Of a stretch of DNA of 64,000 bases, positions 53,675 through 62,932 are shown piece by piece (within the stretch, counting starts at the first letter, position 1; each line of letters starts with the position of its first letter). Origin of the DNA: Desulfatiglandales bacterium (GTDB taxonomy: Bacteria > Desulfobacterota > DSM-4660 > Desulfatiglandales > Desulfatiglandaceae); contig OY759599.1 of NCBI GenBank assembly GCA_963662465.1, forward strand, positions 1,344,001-1,408,000, given 5' to 3'. The position numbers were made by a program, and so were the translations under genes. Under the pieces are notes generated by a model that was given only the letters and a program-made list of their open reading frames with translations, was not told the origin of the DNA and ran no database searches.

Positions 53675-55577
53675 GTGCGCCTGTGAAGGCGCTTTATCAG
53701 TGCGGTGAAAGTCCGTACCGGAGTATGCCATAGCTCCGTAGCCGAAGGTAACTGCGTCGCCGCGAGGCGGGGTGGAGAGCAACCGGAGGCGAAAAGTCAG
53801 TCCGTAGGATGACGAACCCGATTCGGTGTCATGTGGTGGCGAGCCTACCGTTCCATGGTGAAGCCTGAAACTCACAGACCACGCTGTAATGGCGGTTAAA
53901 GCGATGGTTTGACGGCATGGTATGTTTGGGGTCGGAATGACTGGAAGGTAAAGCGAGATAAGCAGGGAGACCTGTCTCTTGGGGTGACAGGAGGCAGGAG
54001 TCAGAGTCCTCATAGTACCGTAGCGACAGAACGGTCCTGCTAACAAGGCTTACGGCGTGAGACCAGTACCCGCCGCCTGCGTCGGATACCGGGTTGTGAA
54101 AAGCGCGGATAGCAAAACCGTGCCGAGGGAAGGAGGATAGGAAGATAGATACGGAAAGGTCATATAGATGCAGCTAAATCAAGCAGTCTCGGCAGTGTTG
54201 GAAACAACTAAACGCGAGGCAGAAACCCGATGGGATTGGGTGGAAGCATCGGTGTGGACGGAACGTATGTTGGCAGCCCTGGGTAACGGGGTGAAAGGTG
54301 GTAAATGGTACAGTTTGATGGATAAGGTGTTCGCCTTGTCGACGCTGGAAGCGGCTTGGGGACGTGTCAAAGCCAATAAAGGAGCGGCAGGGATAGACCG
54401 TATCAGCATAAAGCGCTTTAAGGAGCAGGCGGAGAAATACCTTGCCGAACTGCATGAAACCTTGAAAGCGGGAACGTACCGACCGGAAGCGGTAAAACGG
54501 GTATACATTCCGAAAAGCGACGGCAAACAACGCCCGCTGGGGATACCCACGGTCAAAGACCGGGTAGTGCAGGCAGCGGTTAAAATGGTTATGGAGCCCA
54601 TATTCGAGCATGAATTTCTGCCGATGAGTTACGGCTTCAGGCCGCAAAGAGGTTGCAAGGACGCGTTGCGAGAAGTAGACGCGCTTATTAAGGAAGGCTA
54701 CACCTTCATACTGGACGCCGACCTGAAAAGTTACTTTGATACGATTCCGCACGATAAGCTGATGCAACAAGTCGAAATGCGCATCAGCGACGGCAAATTG
54801 CTCAATCTGATTCAAATGTTCCTGAAACAGGACGTGATGGACGGCTTGGAAAGATGGACACCGACGGGTGGTTCGCCACAAGGGGCGGTAGTCAGCCCCT
54901 TGCTTGCGAATATTTACCTGCATCCTCTTGACAGCCTGATCGCGGAATCAGGTATGCGGATGGTGCGTTACGCGGACGACTTTGTTATCCTCAGCCGCAG
55001 TCAAACGGAAGCGGAGAATGCTTTGCAAAAGGTACGGGAGTGGGTACAGGCTAATGACCTGAGCTTACACCCGGACAAGACGCATCTTGGCGACTGTCGA
55101 CAAAAGGGTCAGGGATTTGAATTCCTGGGATACCGGTTTGAGGCAGGAAAGCGCTGGATACGCAGTAAAAGCCGTAAAGCCCTTCGTGATAAAATCCGGG
55201 AAGAGACCCGGCGCAAACGTAGCGGAAGTATGGAAAGCATCATTGATGATCTGAACCCCATGCTCGAAGGCTGGTTTGGTTACTTCAAACACGCCTACCG
55301 CACTGAGTTTGCGGCGGTGGATAAGTTTGTCCGCCGACGCTTACGCGCCGTATTATTGCGTCGTAACAAACGCAAGGGCTGGGGCAAAAGCCTTGAAGCC
55401 CACCGCCGCTGGCCGAATGCCTACTTCGCGAAAATCGGGCTTTTCACTATGCATGAGGCCCGGTTAGCAGCGTGCCGATCCCGATGAGGAAACTATCGAC
55501 CGGAGAGCCGTGTGCGGGAGAACCGCATGCACGGTTCGGAGGGAGGGGAGAGCCAAGAGGCTCTTTCCTACCCCTAT
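53675..55577 (+). mobile_element. Group II intron copy 2 (1903 bp), head-to-tail with copy 1
   Basis: Junction CCCCTAT|GTGCG; only difference seen is T53362/C55265 (synonymous). Confidence 0.95.
54168..55487 (+). CDS. ltrA: Group II intron RT/maturase, copy 2
   Basis: Protein identical to 52265-53584. Confidence 0.95.
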   Translation: MQLNQAVSAVLETTKREAETRWDWVEASVWTERMLAALGNGVKGGKWYSLMDKVFALSTLEAAWGRVKANKGAAGIDRISIKRFKEQAEKYLAELHETLKAGTYRPEAVKRVYIPKSDGKQRPLGIPTVKDRVVQAAVKMVMEPIFEHEFLPMSYGFRPQRGCKDALREVDALIKEGYTFILDADLKSYFDTIPHDKLMQQVEMRISDGKLLNLIQMFLKQDVMDGLERWTPTGGSPQGAVVSPLLANIYLHPLDSLIAESGMRMVRYADDFVILSRSQTEAENALQKVREWVQANDLSLHPDKTHLGDCRQKGQGFEFLGYRFEAGKRWIRSKSRKALRDKIREETRRKRSGSMESIIDDLNPMLEGWFGYFKHAYRTEFAAVDKFVRRRLRAVLLRRNKRKGWGKSLEAHRRWPNAYFAKIGLFTMHEARLAACRSR

Positions 55578-55620
55578 AGTGCGAACGCGAAGTCAGCACC
55601 GATTTTCACGTTAATCCGCG

Positions 55621-55761
55621 ATGAACCAAAATATTTTACTCATCGACGATCTATTTCGTTCAGGCGCCACGCTCAAAGTTGCCACTCAAATAATGCTCGA
55701 AAAAGCAAATGCCAAAAAAGTATGTGTATTAACAATGACAAAAACTAGGATAAACCGGTGA
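55621..55761 (+). pseudogene. C-terminal remnant of ComF-like phosphoribosyltransferase
   Basis: Manual translation NILLIDDLFRSGATL...KKVCVLTMTKTR; GTGA overlap with next gene. Confidence 0.7.
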
Positions 55762-56507
55762 ACAAAGTATTTATATCTGGATCAATATCAATAAAAAAAT
55801 TACCAGCTTCCGTAAAGGAAAGCATAAGTAAAATAGTTTCACAAAATATGCAAATATTTCTTGGTGACGCAGATGGTATTGATTCAATTGTTCAGAATTA
55901 CTGTAAATCCTTGGGGTATTCAAATGTAATCGTTTATTCTATATATTCAATTCCTAGATACATTGTCCCCGGCTTCAGTCACAAATATATTATTCCAAAC
56001 ACTACATCTAAAAATGAAAGAGAGCGTCAATCTGAAAAGGACGCTGCTATGACATATGATAGCGATTTTAGCCTAATAATTTGGAACGGGAAAAGCAAAG
56101 GAAGCTACAATAATATAATCAGAGCACTAAATGAAAATAAGAAAGCAAAAGTATATTTAGACGAAAAAGGTGAATTTCTTGGTCAAGAAAAAATGAATAA
56201 ACTCGAGATTGAATATATATACAGAGAAAATTGTGGCTATTCAGCCTCGGAGGTAGTTGAGCATTTAATACAAAAAGGCGAGGCTTTTTTAAGCCAAACT
56301 AGAGCATTCAACTCTTTTTTAATCAAAAACAAAATAATAAGAAAAGAAAATGGTATCTACAAGTCACTCCCAAATTACGAGCATTTATTCAAAATTGAAA
56401 AGTACCGAGGAAAAGAAAAAGGCATTAAGTTTACTAATCAGTTCATAAATTGGATTGAAAACAAAATAAAAGAAATAAAACAACCAGAACAAACAAGTCT
56501 TTTTTGA
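55758..56507 (+). CDS. SLOG-like protein with possible KilAC-like C-terminal domain
   Basis: KVFISGS, GDADGID, KD.AM...SD..L.IWNGKSKGS. Confidence 0.6.
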   Translation: MNKVFISGSISIKKLPASVKESISKIVSQNMQIFLGDADGIDSIVQNYCKSLGYSNVIVYSIYSIPRYIVPGFSHKYIIPNTTSKNERERQSEKDAAMTYDSDFSLIIWNGKSKGSYNNIIRALNENKKAKVYLDEKGEFLGQEKMNKLEIEYIYRENCGYSASEVVEHLIQKGEAFLSQTRAFNSFLIKNKIIRKENGIYKSLPNYEHLFKIEKYRGKEKGIKFTNQFINWIENKIKEIKQPEQTSLF

Positions 56508-56953
56508 AGTCACCTAACCATGTGATGAAAACAGAAAGAGGAGTTGCCCTTTAGAAACAGGTTTTGAAAAACAAAAAGGACTTGAGGAAAATAAACAACT
56601 GGTTGCGACATTCAAGAAAGCCATTTTGATTTTTACCGATGGCATTGATTTCGAAGATAGGATCATCTGTAATGAGTACGGCTTCCAGAACTGATTCAGC
56701 GTGTGAAGGTCAATTTGCGCGCTCAGGAAGTAGACGTTTTTGAACAGACCAAAGGATCGTGGCAGCAACTGCTCTATTTTAAGGAAAGATTCATCGCAAA
56801 AGATCACCCTCTCCGACCAAAATGGGAAATATATAGTCGGAAGCTCAGGAAAATCGGATTACATGAGGACATGGGTTTGGGGCCAGGAAAAGAGGAATTT
56901 TTGGGAATGCTTGATGACTTGGGCTTGACTATAAATTTGAACAAACGAAGAAA

Positions 56954-57220
56954 ATGAGGAAGAGCATGGCACTTAAAGAAGACCAGAGAAAATATATAAG
57001 CAATAAGATCCGAGAGCTTGGCACTATCAACAAAGTCAATAAATTTTATTCTCAAAACGATTTAATTTCCGAATACGCAAAAAGGATCGCGCCTAGTCTT
57101 CTTTTTCAGGACAAAACAATAGGGCCGGGTCCTGTCAAAGGCCAATTGCCCAACAGAATAATCAGAAAACCGATTACTAACTTACATTTCGCACTAAAAA
57201 ACCAAGTTTTCAGGGTTTAA
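56954..57220 (+). CDS. Hypothetical protein
   Basis: AT-rich ORF overlapping upstream ORF 56703-56957. Confidence 0.4.
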   Translation: MRKSMALKEDQRKYISNKIRELGTINKVNKFYSQNDLISEYAKRIAPSLLFQDKTIGPGPVKGQLPNRIIRKPITNLHFALKNQVFRV

Positions 57221-57636
57221 TGTGTGAAGCGGCCAGAGGGGCAACTTCACAAATAATAGGAGGAAAAGATTGTCCTGAACAATGTCAAATTCATGTGTTA
57301 TGTATATAATACATGAGGCTTGCAAAATTGATGAAAAATGATGCTGTTAAGCGGTAAATAATATACAGCTCCATCCTTTGACTATATTATTACGCCTCAT
57401 AAAAGTGAATAGGGAGGCGTTATGGAGCAATTTGAAACACGGTTCAAACGAGTTGATGTATTCCCAATGGTCAAACATTTTATTAGGGTGGTTTTTTGGA
57501 TTAACTAATTGATTAAATTTAGTTTTTCCTGGTCCGACCCCAGACCAACCAACAGATTATTTCGTATTGACAAAGGCACCATTGTGACGTACATTTATGC
57601 CGCGTGTTGATAAAAAAAACTCAGGGAAACTTTACC

Positions 57637-57924
57637 ATGGATGCAGCAACTCAAAATAGAAACGAGCGGATCAACCTCCGTGTGAAAAGCAGCGCAAAGC
57701 GCCTCTTAACGCGTGCAGCCGATTTTGAGGGCAAGACCGTCAGTCATTTTATACTGACCAGTGCCTTGAAGTGTGCAGAGGAAACCGTCCAAGAGCATCA
57801 GATGATGACGTTGAATACAGAAAATTCAAGGGCCTTTTTCGATGCGCTGGCCGCTCCGGTGCGTTTTAATCGCAAATTGATCACAGCTCTTGAAGAATAT
57901 GATAAGCGCGTCATCAGCAAATGA
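57637..57924 (+). CDS. DUF1778 antitoxin
   Basis: ERINLRV...K.LL.RAA..G.TVS.FIL.SA, FFDAL. Confidence 0.88.
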   Translation: MDAATQNRNERINLRVKSSAKRLLTRAADFEGKTVSHFILTSALKCAEETVQEHQMMTLNTENSRAFFDALAAPVRFNRKLITALEEYDKRVISK

Positions 57925-58463
57925 CGAATTTCCGGAATCTGGTCATAGCACCGCTGAACGCCGCTCATGACAGAGTCGGTTTCCGCTGTAATGTAGAAGC
58001 ATTGGATCAGTATATTCATAAGCAGGCAGGGCAGGATATCAGACGCCGCATCAGTCGTATTTTTGTTGCAGCGCTGCCGGACAACCCCAAAGAGGTAATG
58101 GGTTATTACAGCCTGAGCACATTATCCATTGAACTGAGGCAATTGCCGGAAAAGCTGGCCAGGAAGTTGCCGAAGCATCCAGTTCCCGCTGCTCTGATTG
58201 GCAGACTGGCAGTCAGTAAAAATGCCCAGGGATTTGGCATCGGCAAAATGCTGCTGGTAGATGCTATTCAGCGAACCCTGTCGGTCAGTGACCAGATCGC
58301 CATCTATGCCATTGTTGTTGATGCCATTAACGACAACGCCAAAGGCTTTTATGAGCAATTCGGGTTTGCCCGCTTAAGCGATGACAGTCCAAGACTGTTT
58401 CTGCCTTTAAAATCTTTTGTAAACAACCCAGTACCCATTAACCCAATACCCAGTGTCTATTAA
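57921..58463 (+). CDS. GNAT acetyltransferase toxin
   Basis: F.C.V.ALD.Y, PVPAALIGRLAV..AQG.GIG..LL.DA, VVDA...A..FY..FGF. Confidence 0.9.
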   Translation: MTNFRNLVIAPLNAAHDRVGFRCNVEALDQYIHKQAGQDIRRRISRIFVAALPDNPKEVMGYYSLSTLSIELRQLPEKLARKLPKHPVPAALIGRLAVSKNAQGFGIGKMLLVDAIQRTLSVSDQIAIYAIVVDAINDNAKGFYEQFGFARLSDDSPRLFLPLKSFVNNPVPINPIPSVY

Positions 58464-58570
58464 CACGTCCTTCAGATCACACCGATTGCCCAGAATTCAG
58501 CATCCAGCATCCAGCATTCAGAAAAAGCTATTTATTTTTTTATGGATGTCCCCTATTGCGTTGTAAATGG

Positions 58571-58781
58571 GGCTACGGCCACAAGCCGGGACAAAATGTT
58601 TGAACACGATTTAAAAGATTATAATGATGGACAGGATTACCATTGGCCGATAAAATGCAAACAAAATGGTGTAAAGGGGGGAAGGAACTTGTTTGGACGC
58701 TGTCTTTTAATCCTGTCCATCTAAGAAATCCTGTTCATCGTGTTCAAAACAATGAGGATGCCCACAGTGACTGATAACCCT
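58571..58781. repeat. ~200-bp repeat with internal IR, second copy at 61594-61794
   Basis: tttgaacacgat...gatggacaggatt / aatcctgtccatc...atcgtgttcaa in both copies. Confidence 0.8.
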
Positions 58782-58820
58782 AAAATCAAGGTTCAAACGA
58801 ATGAGAAACTGTCCCGCCTT

Positions 58821-58973
58821 ACGTCGGTAGCCGATTATAAGTTAATACATCATTCATTGCATGATATTGAGCAAACATACCACGCAAAACTCGTATGGAG
58901 TAGCACAGAAGGCTGCCAATTGTAGGGAAAGAACCGAAGGCCTTTTGGAAATTTATAATCTGACGAACGTCCC
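58821..58973. mobile_element. Second copy of the RAYT-IR MITE (left IR degenerate)
   Basis: Colinear with 8138-8287. Confidence 0.75.
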
Positions 58974-59497
58974 TGCCCCCCCTGCAAAGTTATTGAGATT
59001 GTCCGGTTTTAGCGTACTTGAATCTGGGTAAAAGGAAAGCGAGAGGAAATCCCTGAAAGGTTACCATGGATGCGATAAAATCAGAATTTCAGTTTGTCAA
59101 AGTGACCGGTGGCATTAATCCTCAGCGAACTGATTGAGAAAAAAATCCGATTCCCCAACGCTGAGGACATGGTCAGTTCAATTGACATCATCACCGACTA
59201 TTACGATGTGTCGGATGAACTGCTTCATGAGAATTCCGAATTCAAATCGTACCTGAAAGAACTGAGTACGGCAAAGGGTGATTTCAGCGAAGAAAGAATC
59301 CGAAAATTCTTCTCAGCCTTTGAACAGGCTGGTGTTTAGTTTGGGCAATGGAGACATTATGTTGAGAGGGAAAATGTCGAGAATCGGAATGAATAATCCG
59401 GTAAATGAAGTCTGAAAAGGACGGTCGCGATGATAACAGACGCCGATAGGTTATTAAACACCCTGAATCGACTTCTGTCCCTGCCGAGAGAAAACGC

Positions 59498-60327
59498 ATG
59501 GTATGGGGCGTGGACAACAGGACCCATTCCGTTTTGGGAACAACCTTCGCCCCCTTTGCGACAAAGGGGGCGGGCAGGCAACCGCTCATCATGTGGCTTA
59601 CGCAATTGATCTCCCCCAGACCGGATTTTCAGTTTCATGAAGTCGCGCATCCGGGTGGCCGGGTGGTGATGCTTGAAATTCATCCACCGCGTAGTGTGCC
59701 ACTGGCTTTCAAGGGCGTTCGCTATATCCGTATCGACAGCCATAAATCAAGGCTTTCCGAGCACCCTGCCAGAGAGGCCCGGCTATGGAAAGCGCTTGGA
59801 GGTGCCGAAGACTGGTCCGGGCATACCGTGCCCGAGGCTACGCTGAACGATCTGGACCCGGAGGCCATCGCGTTTGCCAGGGTTAATTTGGTGAATATCT
59901 TGTCAAGAGTGAGACCGATAGTGGCCGCCACGAAAAAATCCTGGCCGATGTTCACGCATGGGAACCATTGACGCTCCTAAATAAAGCCCGCATCACGAAA
60001 CAGGGCCATATAACCCATGCCGCGCTGTTGCTGCTTGGCCGTGATGAAGCGGCACATTTCCTGGCCCCTGCTGATGTCAAAATCAGTTGGATTCTTCATG
60101 ATGGAACAAACCGGCCCATCGGTGGACAACATTTCAGTCTGCCACTGCTCTTGGCCCCCAATGCGCTTTTCAAGCGGATCAGAAAAATAACGCTCGAATA
60201 TATGCCGGACGGCACTCTGTTTCCAACCCCAATATCTCAATATGACCCATGGGTTATCCGAGAGGCATTGCACAACTGTATTGCGCATCAGGATTACCAT
60301 TTGGCAGGAAAAATCAACGTTGGTTGA
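59498..60327 (+). pseudogene. AlbA_2/ATP-binding (RecG-like) protein fragment, frameshifted
   Basis: VWGVDN..H..GT, YIRI.S, LNDLDPEAI..AR; IREALHNCIAHQDY. Confidence 0.7.
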
Positions 60328-60413
60328 GGGGACGGTTGACTCAATTGTGTAAAGGGGGATGGGGCTAAATAAATAAATTGACATGATTACGCTCGAATTG
60401 ATAGTTCCGGATT

Positions 60414-61091
60414 ATGCCACGATTAGCCCGTTTAGACGCTCCCGGTATTCTGCACCACGTAATCATAAGGGGCATTGAGCGTAGAAGAATATTCAGGGAC
60501 AGCAAAGACCTGGATGATTTTTTAGCGCGTTTTGGGAACCTCATTCCCGAGACAAAAACTGCCTGTTACGCCTGGGCGCTTTTAACCAACCATGCCCACT
60601 TTCTTCTGCGAACCGGAGATTCTTCTTTGGCAACCTTCATGCGGAGGCTTTTGACCGGGTATGTGGGGCAGTTTAATCGCCGACATAAGCGACATGGGCC
60701 TTTGTTTCAAAACCGTTTCAAGTCGATTGTGTGTCAAGAAGGAGATGATAGAATCCTTGGCGATAGTGAATTTGTACATGAGATGTTGAAAAAAGCAGAT
60801 GATAGATTTGATCGGTATTATGAATTAAAACGCCTCGGTTATAATCTTGAAAGTGTGGAGGCCAAGGTTTGCAGGATATATGATGTATCTGTCGAAGATA
60901 TCTATTCAAAAAGTCGTGAAAAAGTCAAAGCGGAGGCCCGGGGTCTATTTTGTTATTGGGCTGTAAGAGAGCTGGGCTATAGCATGTTGGAACTGGCGCG
61001 GCGACTTAGAATGAGTCAACCGGGAGTGGTCTACGCAGTGAGAAGGGGAGAACGTTTGGCAACCGAGAAGTGGCTTGCGCTAACCGGTTGA
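60414..61091 (+). pseudogene. RAYT transposase with in-frame internal deletion
   Basis: FQNRFKSIVCQE fused directly to GDDRILGD; Y..LNP catalytic segment absent. Confidence 0.85.
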
Positions 61092-61092
61092 A

Positions 61093-61404
61093 TAAGCGAC
61101 CACCCGTTCAATGGGTGGTTTTGATATCGCCCCTATAAGGGGCCTATTGCTGGCAACGCCTGAAGGCGTAGTTTCGTAGCCACTATTGCTTGCAGCCCCT
61201 AAAGGGGCGTTACGGTTGCTTTTTCACGTTGTCTTCGATCTGATCCGCTTCTACCTGATTCTTGATGTACTTTTTTATCTCTTCTTCGTTTCTTCCAACC
61301 GTGTTGACATAATACCCTTTCGCCCAGAAATGCCGATTGCCTTTCTCTCTGAACTCCGGGTGCCGATCAAATATCATTAGCGCGCTTTTACCCTTCAAAT
61401 ACCC
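61093..61404 (-). mobile_element. IS200 tnpA 3' fragment with end hairpins
   Basis: KGKSALMIFDRH...HFWAKGYYVNTVG.NEEEIKKYI.NQ; hairpins gcccctataaggggc and gcccctaaaggggc. Confidence 0.8.
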
Positions 61405-61593
61405 AACGAAGGCCCTGGCCTTCTGCAGTTCCGTATCTCATGCGCAATACACGGCGGAAAGGTTGACCCTGGATTATGGCATTGAGTCCCTGGCGCTTTC
61501 GGGGAGTGACCCCGGGGATATAAGAACCGCGGCACTGTCCCGTCTTGAGAACGAAAACGACTCCCTCCGGGTGATCTGCACCGTGAACATTTT
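61405..61593 (+). repeat. Diverged duplicate of helicase segment 49600-49787
   Basis: TKALAFCSSVSHA...LRV.CTVNI. Confidence 0.85.
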
Positions 61594-61977
61594 GGCTACG
61601 GACACAAGCCGGGACAAAATGTTTGAACACGATTTAAAAGATTATAATGATGGACAGGATTGCAATTGGCGAACAAAATGGTGTAAAGGGGGGAAAGGAA
61701 CTTGTACGGATGCCGTCTCTTAATCCTGTCCATCTAAGAAATCCTGTTCATCGTGTTCAAGACAATGAGGATGCCCACAGTGCCTGATAACCCTTTGCCC
61801 GTTTTTGAAAACTATAAAAATCACGTTCCTACGTTCTGTGTGGGAATAGATTACAGTAAGGACCTGGTTAAGCTGTCCCGCTTTGTGTCCGTAGCCCCGA
61901 CCGTATGCGTCAAAGAGATCATTTACGCTTGAACATAAGCGCAATAAACGGGCAGCATCTTTTTGAAAGGAAACCAG

Positions 61978-62921
61978 ATGATTATCAGTGCCAGCAGGCG
62001 GACCGATATCCCCGCCTTTTATGCGGAATGGTTTATGAACCGCATTCGGGAAGGGTACTGTACGGTTCCCAACCCATTCAATGCAATGCAAAGCAGGTGT
62101 TGCGCATATCCCTGAGGCCCCAGGATGTAGACGTCATTGTCTTCTGGACCCGATATGCCCGACCCCTCCTTCCCCATCTGGAAGAATTGGACAGGCGTGG
62201 ATTTCGATATTATTTTCTCTATACCCTGATGAACAATCCCAGAGCGCTGGATCCAAAATCACCCAACCATGAAAAATCCATGGAAACCTTTCGCGCACTG
62301 AGTGACCGGGTGGGTAAGGAAAAAGTCATATGGCGATATGACCCGATTGTCTTTAGCACCATCACGAATCCGGATTTCCATATGGAAACTTTCCAGCGCC
62401 TCGCCGAGAAATTGCATGGGCATACCCGAAGGTGCATCATCAGCTTTGTGGACATATATCGTAAGGCAACGGGACGACTTCGAGTACTGGAAAAAAAAGG
62501 CATTCGCATATATGAGCAGGAGGCTGAGGAACTTGATCGGCTCATTGAAACCCTAATCGCCACGGCTGCGGCAAACGGAATGGATCTCCGCACCTGTGCG
62601 GAAGAGCAGGGGGTCTGTTCCAAAAAGATACTGCCCGGAAAATGCATTGATGACAGCCTGATTCAGAAAATTTTCGGACTGGATGTTACACACCGGAAGG
62701 ACCCTTCCCAGCGCCCGGCCTGTGGCTGTGTCGCCAGCCGTGATATCGGGATGTACGATACCTGCCGATTCGGCTGTGTGTACTGCTATGCAACGGCCAG
62801 TTTTGAGAGGGCCAGGGAACGGTATCAACAGCATGATCCTACTTCTCCTTCATTGACAGGTCGCTTTGAAGTCACCACTTCACAAAAGAAAAAAACCAGT
62901 CAACGCAGTCTGTTTGAATAA
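61978..62921 (+). pseudogene. DUF1848 family protein, frameshifted by a 5-bp duplication
   Basis: MIISASRRTDIPAFYAEWF in one frame, remainder (DIGMYDTC.FGC.YCYA) in another; AATGC doubled at 62080-62089. Confidence 0.85.
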
Positions 62922-62932
62922 GGTCGACGCAA

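Noticed and set aside
51709..54046. Minus-strand ORFs 51709-52143, 52271-53020 and 53561-54046
   Set aside because: Antisense shadows of the intron RNA and RT gene.
52265..55487. Retron, DGR or defence-associated RT
   Set aside because: Both RTs lie within complete group II intron RNA boundaries (GTGCG...AT, D5/D6) and carry a maturase X domain.
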